Below are positions 25,320 to 36,699 of a stretch of 64,000 bases of DNA, in pieces; positions within the stretch are counted from its first letter, which is position 1; the number at the start of each line of letters is the position of its first letter. Both the position numbers and the translations under genes were made by a program. Origin of the DNA: Carcharhinus longimanus. Lineage: Eukaryota. Location of the stretch: assembly GCA_030264375.1 (NCBI GenBank), contig JASCQW010000128.1, positions 20,492,961 to 20,556,960 of the forward strand, in the 5' to 3' direction. Below the pieces are notes generated by a model. The model saw only the letters and a list, made by a program, of their open reading frames with translations, was not told where the DNA came from and made no database searches.

Positions 25320-27005
25320 TGAACATAAGACCTGAATATTGAATGGTACATGACATTTCAAAAGAACAGAAAGCTTGGAAAAGGTAGAAGGGTGGCTCCG
25401 TTAATTAAGGATGATATTAGCACTAAGTTCAGGAAACTAAGGTGTAGAAACGGTTTGGATAGCAATGAGAAACAATAAAGACAATGAGTCACTTGTTGGT
25501 TGGAGTGGTGTGCATGTCCACTAACAGTAGGATGGGGTATATTGTCTCTAGACTAGTAATCCAGAGAACCAGCATAATGCTCTAGGGACTTGGGTTCAAA
25601 TCCTACCATGGCAGGTGGTGAAATTTGAGTTCAATAAAAATCAAGAATTGAAAGTCTAATGATGACCATGAAACCATTGTTAATTGTTGTAAAAACCCAT
25701 CTGGTTCACTATTTAAACATCTATCACAGGGCAAATGTAAGAAGCCATTACTAAAAGGCATTGTAGAGGGTATTTAGACAAATTCAAGGTAATCAAGTAG
25801 AGTTAACATGGTTGTCAAAGGGGAATCATGTTTAAGCAATTTATTGGAGTTCTTTGAAGAAGTAGCATATGCTGTGGATAAAGGGAAACTGGGGGTGTAC
25901 TGCATTTAAATTTGCAGAAGGCATTTTATAAGGTGCCACATCAAAGGCTATTCTGGAAAATAAACATACATGGTGTAGAGGGTAACACATTGGTATGGAT
26001 ACAAGATCGATCAGCTCACAGGAAAGTTAGTATAAGTAGGTCATTTTCTGGTTGGCAAGATGTAATGAGTTTCATGTTACACAGATCAGTCCTGAGGCCT
26101 CAACTTTTTGCAATTTATATAAAAGACTTGGATGAAGGGACTGAAGATATTGGTTGCTGAATTTACTGGTGACACAAAGATATGTCAGAAGGTAAGTTGT
26201 GAAGAGGACATAAGAAGACTACAAAGGGATATAGATAGTTAGGTAGTGAGCAAAGATCTGGCAAATAAGGTATAATGTCGGAAAATGTGAGTTGAGTCAT
26301 TTTGGCAGGAAAAATATAAAAGGCATTTTCTCTGAATGGTGAGAAATTGCAAGTTTCTGAAGTGCAGAACTGATCTTGGTGTCCTAGTGCATGAATCACA
26401 AAAGGAAGTAATTAGGAAAGCTAATAGGAGGTTTTTGTTTGTTGTAAGGTCAATTGCATACAAAGGTAGGGAAGGAACACTTCACTTCAACTACATCTTG
26501 AGTACTCTGTTCAGTATTGATCTCCTTATTTAAGGAAGAATGTAAATGCACTGGAAGCAGTTCAGAGAAGGTTAGCAGAATAATATCTGGAATGGGTGCG
26601 TTGTCTTATGAGGAAAGATTGGACAAGCTAGGTTTGTAACCACTGGAGTTCAGAATGGTAAAAGATGACAATTTAAATATGCAAGATTCTGAGGGGCCTT
26701 GACAGAGTGGATGTGGAAAGGATGTTTCATCTTGTGTGAGAATCTAGGACTAGGGATTACTGTTTGAAATGGGTGACGCTTTATTTTTAAACTGAGGGTC
26801 AAGAGTCTTTGGAATTCTCTTTCCCAAATGTTGTGGAAGCAGAGTCTTTTTTTTAAGGCAGAGATAGATAGATTCTTGATAAGCAAGGAGGTGAAAGCTA
26901 TTGGGGGTTGGTGGGAATGTGGGGTGGAAGTTACAATCATAATCTTGAGTGTCAGAGCAGGCTCAAGGGACTAAGTGGTCTACTCCTGCTCCTGATTCCT
27001 ATGTC
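25320..27005 (+). mobile_element. Degenerate CR1 LINE with nested tRNA SINE (~25535-25712)
   Basis: KAFYKVPHQRL RT remnant, DLGVLVHESQK, CR1 tail ctactcctgctcctgattcctatg. Confidence 0.8.
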
Positions 27006-27014
27006 CATACGTCC

Positions 27015-27490
27015 ATAACTAGGAGGGATAGGCTATTTAGCCCCTCACCTTTGTTCCACCATTCAATAAAGTCAAGGCTAATTGTATTGTGGCCTCAACT
27101 GCACCTGCCTTCTTGCCCTCCCATTATTCTTAACTCCCTTGTTGATCAGAAATCTATCCAACTCTGTCTTGAATGTATTTCATGAGCTAGCTTCTACTCG
27201 AGAGCAAAGTGGCCAAGTGGCCCCTCTCCTATTCCAAATTCATGTTCATATGTATTCTAAGGAAGAAAATTCCACAGACTAATGATCCTCTGAGAAAAAA
27301 AGATTCTTCTCATCTCTGTCTGAAATTGGAGAACTCTGATTTTTAAACAATGTCCCTTAGGTCTTGACATCCTTACATGGGGAAAACATGGACTCTGCCT
27401 CCACCCTGTCAAGTCTCCTCAGATTATTGTGCATTTCAATAAGATAACCTCTCACCCCTTCTGAACTTCAATGGGTTTAGACCCAAATGT
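27015..27490 (-). mobile_element. CR1 3' fragments, reverse orientation
   Basis: ttccaccattcaataa..., attccacagact, ccaccctgtcaagtctcctcag: reversed CR1 tail motifs. Confidence 0.65.
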
Positions 27491-28067
27491 TGACAATGCA
27501 CTCTCATGATGCTGTTGACATTTTTCTCTCATGACTTCCTGCTGTAGAGCACATGGAGTGCAAATTGTAATCTGTGCAAGTATAAAATTAGAATACACAA
27601 CCCATTGCCTCAATCATGGTCAACATTTCCACCAGAACATTTTCATGAGTTTCTGAGAAATGCTGCTTTTGCTACGGTTTCATTACTTAAACCACCGCAA
27701 GATCAGGAGGCAGGTTAACAGTCCTGGATGTTTCCGACCTTTCATTATTTACTAAAAATACACTTGTGATATATGCCACAAATATTCCTGGGCAGAAAGG
27801 TGCAAAGTATCCTTATTCTCACTAGTGGGACTGGTTTCTAACTTACTCAAGTCACTCGACCATTCTCACTTGTGAGAAAGGGAGCAACAGTTTGCTGGTC
27901 TCCAGGGACCAGCCTCAATTCCTGGATTTATACAGCTTGACAGTTTATTTTATTTTTGTTGTAAAACAGTGCTAGGAGGACCTCTACTGTTGGATAAACA
28001 AATGCATCAAAAATATTACTGGGCAGTGCAGACACATAATGAACTTGTGAGCACAATGTAAACGTAC

Positions 28068-28246
28068 CATGTTGCAGGTCAGCACAACAGAGGTATTTTG
28101 ATGAACTCACAGTTGTCACAACCACTTGGCACCTGACTACGTCCTCTTTCCTTGGCAGCAGGAAGGCAGACTGGTTCCGAGCAATTAGACAGTAGCGCTG
28201 TACTGTGGGATGCACAGTTTTCACACACTTGTTCTTGTGATAAATT
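28068..28246 (-). CDS. HELZ: HELZ-like coding exon (IYHKNKCVKTVHPTVQRYCLI...VVVTTVSSSKYLCCADLQH-G), last recognisable HELZ exon
   Basis: Acceptor ttcttttctag, donor G|gtacgt, 179 nt, phase 2->1; VKTVHP.V..YCLI motif. Confidence 0.93.
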
Positions 28247-28619
28247 CTAGAAAAGAACCAGAGGACTCAGGTTATACACTAATTGACAAAAGAACCAGAG
28301 GGGAGTTGGAGAGAGGCTTTATCTGCCCAGCAAGCTTTCGTGATTTGGAAGGCACTGCCTGAAGTAGCAGGTTCAATAGTAACTTTCAAAAACCTGAATT
28401 AGATTAAGACTTGAAGAAGTTAAAATATTGAATGATTATGAGAAAAAAGGAGGCGAGAAACTATGATGAACTGGTTATCTCCTTCACAGGGGCAGCACAA
28501 GCTCAAGAGGCCAATTATCTTTCTATGCAAGATTCTACAATGCAGCCCAAATACATTTGCATGAGTAAGTTAGCTACAGTGAATGCATTCAAATTAATCA
28601 AAATCTGACAAATAAGAAC

Positions 28620-28902
28620 ACAGCACAGTAACACAGTGGTTAGCACTGCTGCTTCACAGTGCCAGGGATGTAGGTTCGATTCCTGGCTTGGGTCAGTGTC
28701 TGTGTGGAGTTTGCGCATTTTCCCCATGTCTGAATGGGTTTCCTCCCACAATCCAAAGATGTGCGGGTTAGGTAAATTAGCTATGCTAAATTGACCCAAG
28801 TGTCAAGGGGATTGGCGGGATAAATGTGTGGAGTTAAGGGAATAGGGCCTGGGTGGGATTGTGGTTGGGACAGAATGGCCTCCTTCTGTAGAAATTCTAT
28901 GC
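28620..28902 (+). mobile_element. HE1-like tRNA-derived SINE
   Basis: cacagtggttagcactgctgcttcacag..ggttcgattcc A/B boxes; tgtgtggagtttgc core; CR1-like tail. Confidence 0.8.
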
Positions 28903-29058
28903 AAGGTATCTGCACCGAAATGACATTAACATTACACACGAGTCCATCATCATCTTTGAAAATGAATGTAATAAAATGCTTAAATGTAAGCATTTCTTTC
29001 TATACAATCAGTCAACATCTTTTGACACCAACTTAGGTACTAATGGTCAAAGGGCACC

Positions 29059-30020
29059 TGTTATGATTAGGACCAGGCCCCCCAAGTTTTTGGTAGAATC
29101 CAATAGGGACAAATAATTCTTTGTTTAAAGTAAGCAACATTTGAGATTCAATTCACTTAAAGAGAAGGAAGCCACAAAGTTCCATGGGTTCTCAAAACAA
29201 ACAAAAATAAACTTCATTCTATAAGATCAGAAAGGTGAAACAATCTACAATTGTTATCTCCTACTTGAACATTCACAGTTAAAATGAGGTATATGTGAAT
29301 TAGAAGACAAACTGTGATCAAACCCACCATATATGCATAATAAATGGCAGCTGCGAGCAAGACAGAGCCCATGGGTTTCTCAATAACCCACTCAGACATT
29401 ATTAAACACTGATTCAACCAATTTTGTTGGAACAGTCTCTCTCACAAGGGATTGGAGTCAACTTCAAAGATCTAGCCTTGGAACTCTCTCCAAGGATCAC
29501 CCCCAATTCAGATGACCTCAACAACAGTTCACCTCACAGTATTTCAATTTCTCCTTCCAAGACTCTGTTCTGCAAGATTCCCAGATCTACAGTAAAGCAC
29601 CAACTCATGAGCACAATTTCAGCTCTTAAACCACACCAAACAGAATATTGCTGCTCCAAAAGGAGTACCTTTGCCCCAACAGCCGCAGTTGGAATCACCA
29701 ACATTCTGCTGCCACCTCAATCGCCAGGATTTCTCTTGAGCCCTCTATGATCACTGGGGCTTCTCCCTCATTACTTAAGTCTTCCAACTGCAGCCCATTT
29801 TTGGCTTGAAGCACCTTTCCCTGCTTATCTTTCTCTAACTGGAAACTCTCCCTGTCTCCTTTGGCACCTCTCTCTGTTCCCTATCTGTTATTCTGCCAAA
29901 ATATCATGCTCACTTCTGGGTCACAGCATATGGTTCTTCACACCATTTTTATTTGCATAGGCATGCTTGGCCCATCCACCACCCGAACAATTTAAAATGC
30001 TGAATTGTCCATGCACAGTC
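29059..30020 (-). mobile_element. Solo LTR-like element, reverse orientation
   Basis: Begins tgttatgattaggaccaggccccccaag, the reverse complement of a typical LTR 3' end; right boundary uncertain. Confidence 0.4.
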
Positions 30021-30566
30021 CCTTTCCAGTCCATGCATGCCTGGAAACTAATGTGGGTTGTTGGAACTTGGAGTTCCCAGCCCCCCACTCTCCGATGAGG
30101 TATATCTGACTTTCAATACACACAACAGAACCATTGGTGATATGGAGTACAAGTAAGAAATCTTAGTGTGTACAATGAGTTTACAAATAAGAAGTATATA
30201 GATAAACACAACAAAAATTTCAGAAGGTTTGAGGAAGAGCAAAGAAATGAGATTGAAGGAAATGATTCCTATGGGACAGTCAACTACTTTGTGTCAAATT
30301 GTCCCTTCTGTTCCAAAATGTTTATTGCTTTATCCATTCATCCACACTTAAATCATCTTAGCAATTGCTATTTGGTATTTTTGGTGAAGACACAGAAAAG
30401 CTTCGTCTTTTTCGTTCCTTACAGATGAGCAACACAGGTTACTAATTCCAAATGAAAGATAACAAAGTTATTAAACACAGGGTGGGATAGTTAACTGTGT
30501 GTGGACGTTTATGAATACTACAAACTGGCAGCATGTTACTATTGTTATCATGGATAGTACTCTCAC

Positions 30567-30668
30567 CTGAGAAGTCTAATATCACTGGCATCATTTTCAA
30601 AAATAGGAGCGAGGTAGTCCTTTATGAAATTGTCTGCTGAAGTATCTGAATGAGTACAGAACAGAATC
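30567..30668 (-). CDS. HELZ: HELZ-like coding exon with helicase motif Ia (RILFCTHSDTSADNFIKDYLAPIFENDASDIRLLR)
   Basis: Acceptor ttcttgtctcag, donor AG|gtgaga, 102 nt, phase 2->2; HELZ has [20 protein letters not shown]; not in the ORF track. Confidence 0.92.
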
Positions 30669-31421
30669 CTGAGACAAGAAAAAACACAAATATAAGTCAG
30701 TTATAAAAAGGAAAACATGACACATTGTACTTTAAGGTCTATGATAGTCATTTTTGTGTTCACCCATCTCTCACTCTCTCTGCCAATGCTCCCAACGCCA
30801 CACAGGAACTGATCTCCAATATCAGGAACTCTCCTGGTCAGAAAGGTCAGCTCCCGGTGGTTCAGTCAGTAAACACGTTGAATGACACTGTACTGAGCTA
30901 CATAGGCCAGAAGCATCAGTTCTTGGCCTATATCCAATTGTCTCAGCTAGGAATGCTTGGAAAGCCACAACTGGCTTCAACAACTGTTGGATGGAAAAGA
31001 TGAGAAAGGAGAAATCACACAAAACCCCTTAATTCCTATTCGCCCTGCTACATATTGATCCCTGCTGGAAGTATACACGCAGACTTCTAATACAACAGAT
31101 CTTGGTCCAGTACAGTTAACTCCAGCATAGCCAATCTACACTCGGTGTGCAGTGTGATATTTGAAGCAAACCCTTAGGGTAAGATTCAAAAAACAAATGT
31201 CTACCAAGTGGCAGCAAAAATCACAAGAAATGGACAAGAGAAAACTGGAGAAAAATTATGTTGCAAGACAAAAAAAAACTTGTAAGCATCTTCATTATCC
31301 ATTGATCAAAGAAACTGGCACAATCCTGAAACACTTCAACATATGGCTGCTTATGCACTCATGTATCAAAATCTGGAGAATTTTACTACTATTTTCAGAC
31401 TATCCATCGACTTCACTCTAC

Positions 31422-31601
31422 CTTTTGTCAGGGTCTTGCGCCAATTGTTTGACTGCTTGTGCCAAAGTGAAAGTTTTCCCAGTACCAGATGGCCCAGTCA
31501 GAAGAATCGGTGGGAGACTGAAAGATATGGGAGCTGTAATGACACCAGCTGCTTTCCTCTGTTTGGAGTTCAGTCTTGGATCCAACTGCTTTTCCCAGTC
31601 C
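31422..31601 (-). CDS. HELZ: HELZ-like coding exon with Q-motif and Walker A (LDPRLNSKQ...LTGPSGTGKTFTLAQAVK)
   Basis: Acceptor tttgtctctcag, donor AG|gtagag, 180 nt, phase 2->2; UPF1-like SF1 motif I. Confidence 0.95.
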
Positions 31602-31887
31602 CTGAGAGACAAAACGGAAATCATGAATTTGAAAGTTCAGTGCACAAATGTTTCAGATCTAAACCATAACCTTATTTTTCCATAGCTATGGAAAAGGAAA
31701 AAATCTTTTACCCCAAAAAAATTCAAGTGTCCGAGTCTATATTCCATATCATGTCAATCCATGGAAAGTATTTCCTTAACAATGTGCGTTTGCATATGTC
31801 TTTAACATAGAAAGACATCTCCACATGTCCATAAGGGCTTAAGGAAAAATAAATGTCCAACTCAACCAAACCACCCACCAACTGAAC

Positions 31888-32152
31888 ACGGGGGCACAGT
31901 AGTTAGCACTTTGATTCNNNNNNNNNNGTGGAGTCTGCATGTTCTCCCCATGTCTGTGAAGGGTTCCTCTGGGTGCTCCAATTTTCTCCCACAGTCCAAA
32001 AGACATGCTGGTTAGGTGAATTGGCCATGCTAAATTCTCCCTCAGTATACCCAAACAGGAGCTGGAGTGTGGCGAGTAAGGGATTTTCACAGTAACTTCA
32101 TTGCAGTGATAATGTAAGCCTGCTTGCGACACCAATAAATAGTAATAAATAA
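31888..32152 (+). mobile_element. tRNA-derived SINE (HE1-like head, different tail)
   Basis: gcacagtagttagcact head, gtggagtctgcatgttctcccc core, tail ggattttcacagtaacttcattgcagtg...aataaat. Confidence 0.7.
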
Positions 32153-32568
32153 GCAACTCCTACCCATTTAATTTGTGTACTTACCTTCTCCTTGTCCTGT
32201 CAAGGACCTTTAAAACTTCACTGGATGTTTAAGTTACCTAGTTTATTGGTGCTAATACTGTTAAAAAAGGGAGGGGAGTGACTTCCCTCCCTTCAACTGA
32301 GCTGCCTTTTGATGCTAGGCCCCTGGGAATGCTGTACCACATGGATCTCACCCAGCTATAAGTCTGATGAAACAAAATTTCAGGTAAGAAAGTAGGAGCA
32401 TGGTGGCAATCTGACTCTGATTGGCACTTCAAGAAAGTTACGTTTCTTCTCCTTCCTTCCAACACCCCCATTGCGTTCCGAAGGATTTAATACAAGATGT
32501 AAACAAGCTATTTATAAAAAAAATTGTGTTTGGCAGCTTCCAGAAAACACACCAAAAGTGTTCCATAC

Positions 32569-32696
32569 CTGTCTGGCAAATCAATCATTAAAAGAGAAGA
32601 AATGTCTGGGGAGACGAGGCTGCAGTCTTTAAGATTATCCAAAGCTAGGTGCATTTCACAGAGGGGCAAACGGTTCAACTGAAACTGAAGCTCCAC
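32569..32696 (-). CDS. HELZ: HELZ-like coding exon ([43 protein letters not shown])
   Basis: Acceptor ccaacag, donor AG|gtatgg, 128 nt, phase 0->2; [16 protein letters not shown] as in HELZ. Confidence 0.95.
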
Positions 32697-33254
32697 CTGT
32701 TGGATGAAGAGACCACGAAGCAATTCAAAAATATTAAAAACCCGAATGGACTCTAAAAAACTCATACAACCAACATGTAGATTTTGCGCAGTATTGGACA
32801 TTTTAATACAGGCAAAGTGTAGCCACCACTGGTCCAATCTTGTGCACAATAATTTCAATGCAAAAAAAGCCTATTGAAAACACAGTTAACACAACATATG
32901 CAGACAAAGTTGCACTGGAATGTGTTATTTTGACAGCATAAAACCCCATTTTGCATCTCAAAAGCAGCAATATTTTATTTTTTTCTGTGAAATAGACACT
33001 GATAGACATCCAGCTCATTAATTTTGTGTGACGTAACCCAGCAATTGACGTGGCAAACACTGCTAAGCTTTTGGTGAAGAACACAAAAACTTTAAATTTG
33101 ACATCATCAGTGAATTATAGCAAACACTACAGAAACGCTGAGGAAAATCACAAATACTGAGTGCATTAGAAAACAACAACAAATACCAAAGTTGATTTTC
33201 CCCCAAATAGTAATATAGTTATCCAAACTGCTTAACTGCTGGTAACTTACAGCC

Positions 33255-34524
33255 CTGTCGACCCTGCAAAGTCCTCTTTACTAACATCTGGGGGCTAATG
33301 CCAAAATTGGGAGAGCTGTCTCACAGACTAGTCAAGCAACAGGTGGTGAAGGAACCAACAAGAGGGAATAAAATACTTGATCTCACTCTTAACAATTTGC
33401 CAGCTGCAGATGCATCTGTCCATGACAGTACCAGTAAAAGTGACCATCGCACTGTCCTCGTGGAGACGAAGTCACGCCTTCACATTGAGAATAACCTCCA
33501 TCGTACAGCGTGGCACTATCACCTGCTAAATGGGACAGACTTCGAACAGATCTAGCAACTCTAGACTGGGCATCCATGAGGCGCTGTGGACCATCAACAG
33601 CAGTGGAATTGTACTCCAGCACAATCTGCAACCCCATGGCCCGACGTATCCCCCATCAAGCCAGGGGATCAATCTTGGTTCAACGGAGAGTGCAGGAATG
33701 CCAGGAGCAGCACCAGGCATACCTAAAAAAAAATGAGGTATCAACCTGGTGAAGCTACCAAACAGGATTATTTACATGCCAAATGGCAAAAGCAGCAAGT
33801 GGTAGACAGAGCTAAGCATTCCCACAGCCAATGGATCAGATCTAAGCTCTGCAGCCCTTCCTCATCCAGTCGAGAATGGTGGTGGACAATTGAACAACTC
33901 ACTGAAAGAGGAGATTCCACAACTATCCCCATCTTCAATGATGGAGGAGCCCAGCACATCATAAGATAAGGCTGAAGTGTTCACATTAATCTTCAGCAGA
34001 AGTGCTGAGTGGATGATCTATCACGGCCTTCTCCAGTGATCCCCAGATCTCGGATGCCAGTCTCCAGCCAATATGATTCACTCCACATGGCATCAAGAAA
34101 CAGTTGGAGGCAGTGGATACTACAAAGGCAATGGGCCCTGATAACATTCCGGTAAAAGAACTGAAGACTTGTGCTCCAGAACTTATGCTCCCCTAGCCAA
34201 GCACTTCCAGTACAGTTACAACACTGGCATCTACCCAACAATGTGGAAAATTGTCCAGATATGTCCTGTGCACAAAAATCAGGACAAATCCAATCCGGCC
34301 AATTACCACCCAATCATCAGTCTACTCTCGTTCATCAGTAAAGTGATGGAAGAGGTCATCAACAGTGCAATCGAGCACAGCTGCTCAGCAATAATTTGCT
34401 CAGTGATGCCCAGTTTGGGTTTCACCAGGGTCACTCAACTCCTGATCTCATTACAGCCTTGGTTTAAATATGGACAAAAGAACTGAATTCCAGAGGTGAG
34501 GTGAGAGTAACATTAAGACTGCAT
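33255..34524 (+). mobile_element. CR1/L2-clade LINE ORF2 fragment
   Basis: PTRGNKILDL, SDHRTVLV, KAMGPDNIP, WKIVQICPVHK...NYHPIISLLS motifs; ends at gap. Confidence 0.8.
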
Positions 34525-36101
34525 NNNNNNNNNNNNNNNNNNNNNNNNNNNNNNNNNNNNNNNNNNNNNNNNNNNNNNNNNNNNNNNNNNNNNNNNNNNN
34601 NNNNNNNNNNNNNNNNNNNNNNNNATTTTGTCTTTTAAAAATCATTTAGACAGTTATATGGGTAAGATGGGTATAGAGGGAAATGGACCAAACGTGGGCA
34701 ACTGGGACTAGCTTAATGATAAAAACTGGGTGGCATGGACAAGTTGGGCCAAAGGATGGGTGGCATGGACAAGTTTCCATGCTGTAAACCTCTATGACTC
34801 TATAACACTGGCAGGACAACAGAGCACCCACTGACAGGGGAGCTTTTATCATTGCGATTCTCTCCTTCTCAACTACATGCTACGAACCTAGGCTCCAATG
34901 GCAATTATCAAATTAAAGTTACTCCTCAGAATAGCGACTGAGTCAAAAAAAAGTGTGCACATCAGCAGTTTGGAACCACTTTAAAGAGAGATCAGGATTG
35001 GTGCTATTTATATGCAGCGTAGTGTGTTTAAAAGGGCTTCACATTACCCTGTCACTCAGAGCTGCTTAACTGCTGGGTAATTTACGCAAGATTTCACAAA
35101 TGGATGCAAGCAAAGGCATTTTTTATATTGGCGCTGATTTAACTTGGAGATGGCTGAGAGGAGCTAAGTGCCATAAAATCTGACCTTCAACACTGATTTA
35201 TTTTGTAATAAATACTTCCAGCTGGAAATAAAAAAAAACTTAGTTCAGCACTGAGGGAACACTGCTGTGTCAGAGGTGCTGTTTTATAGTTCCATAGAAT
35301 ACAGTGAATCTTTTTACAGTGCAGAAGGAGGCCATTGGGCCCATTGAGCCTGTACCAACTCTCCAACAGAGCACCCCACTCAGGCCCAACACCCCCACCG
35401 TGCTATCTCCATAACCCCATGCATTTAGCATGCCTAATCCACCCAAACTACAGGTCTTGGGACACTAAGGGGCAATTTAGCATGACCAATCCACCTAACC
35501 TACGCATCTTGGAACACTAAGGAGCAATTTAGCATGACCAATCCACCTAACCTACGCATCTTGGGACTAGTACTTAGCATAAGGGTCTGGTGCAGGGAGG
35601 GTTAATGTGGGATTGGATACCTCACTGCCCACAGTGTGAAGGAGCACATGAAGGCAATCTTGGACTGGACAAAGACGAGTGTAGAAGCAAGCATGGAAGG
35701 TCCGAACTTAGACCTTATCTCGTATATATGTACATAGCTGTGAGCGGTTAACAAACACTTGATGGATAACTGCACCAGACTAAGAACCTCTTGATGAGGC
35801 CTAGCACGAATGCAATATCGTACAACACCTAACAGCAACTAAAGAGTAGTGTGTAAGAGCGCAAGATGTGGAGAAATGAGAGGAGGACCTCCCTTAGGCC
35901 GATCACTCTCTACTCTGCCTAGACCCCTCAGATTTTGATATTTCAGACAATATTGACTGGATCTCCTGTTTTTACCAACTCAAGACACCCTTGCTCCAAC
36001 TCACGAATAATCTGTTCATTATCAAGATACATCAATACACCTGAAGAATTATAACCAGCTTATAATCAGCCTTGTAGATTCTGGCGAGGTGAAATAAGAC
36101 T

Positions 36102-36222
36102 TGGGCCAGGATTCTCTGGCCTCCCGTCAGTGGGCTTCTCGGCAGCGGGAGGCAGCACGCCATTCGCTAGCGACGGGATCAAGGAATCCGCCATGAGCGA
36201 ACAGCCGGAGAATTCCGGCCTA
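36102..36222. mobile_element. GC-rich MITE-like element; related copy ~42784-42910
   Basis: Imperfect terminal inverted repeats tgggccaggattctctggc / gccggagaattccggccta. Confidence 0.55.
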
Positions 36223-36331
36223 GGTAAAGATTTACCTACAAGGTTAGGCCATTCGCGTTGAATCAGACTCCAAATATATTTCACTCCAGATGAATTTCAA
36301 TTTCCTTACATTCTCTCTTCTGTGTACTCAC

Positions 36332-36460
36332 GTCAATTACATCAGAGAGGTCATGGATGTAATACTTGAAAACAGAATTATTGCTCGCTTCCAGTGTCAG
36401 CAGATATTCGTTTCGTGCCTTGATGGATTTCAGCTTATTTTCCGAGTACTTGGCTTGTCG
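36332..36460 (-). CDS. SRGAP1: Orphan SRGAP1-type F-BAR exon (RQAKYSENKLKSIKARNEYLLTLEASNNSVFKYYIHDLSDVID)
   Basis: 129 nt open frame, acceptor ttcttctttttcattttatgtgggatag, donor GAC|gtgagt, phase 0->0; near-identical to recalled SRGAP1 RQAKYSENKLKSIKARNEYLLTLEATNASVFKYYIHDLSDLID; whether it is expressed is unknown. Confidence 0.85.
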
Positions 36461-36699
36461 CTATCCCACATAAAATGAAAAAGAAGAATGGGTTAACGGA
36501 TGGGCTTAAAATGAAGGTGCAGTTCATCCATCAAAGACACACACACAGACACAAAAAACAGGACACAGAAAACCTTTAAGAGATTCCAATCAGTCGCTAT
36601 GGCAACTGGATACCGCAGGGCCTAATTTTTTAGAGAAAAAGCCAGGCCTGGCAGCCAAACCTACAGGAGTCTATAACTGCCTAAAATGCCACACCCAAG

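Noticed and set aside
28620-28700. tRNA genes at SINE heads (also ~38700, ~57204, ~58200)
   Set aside because: A/B boxes run directly into SINE core and tail sequence; no complete cloverleaf supported
35461-35566. Short tandem duplication (~52 bp)
   Set aside because: Ordinary internal duplication within a reversed SINE fragment
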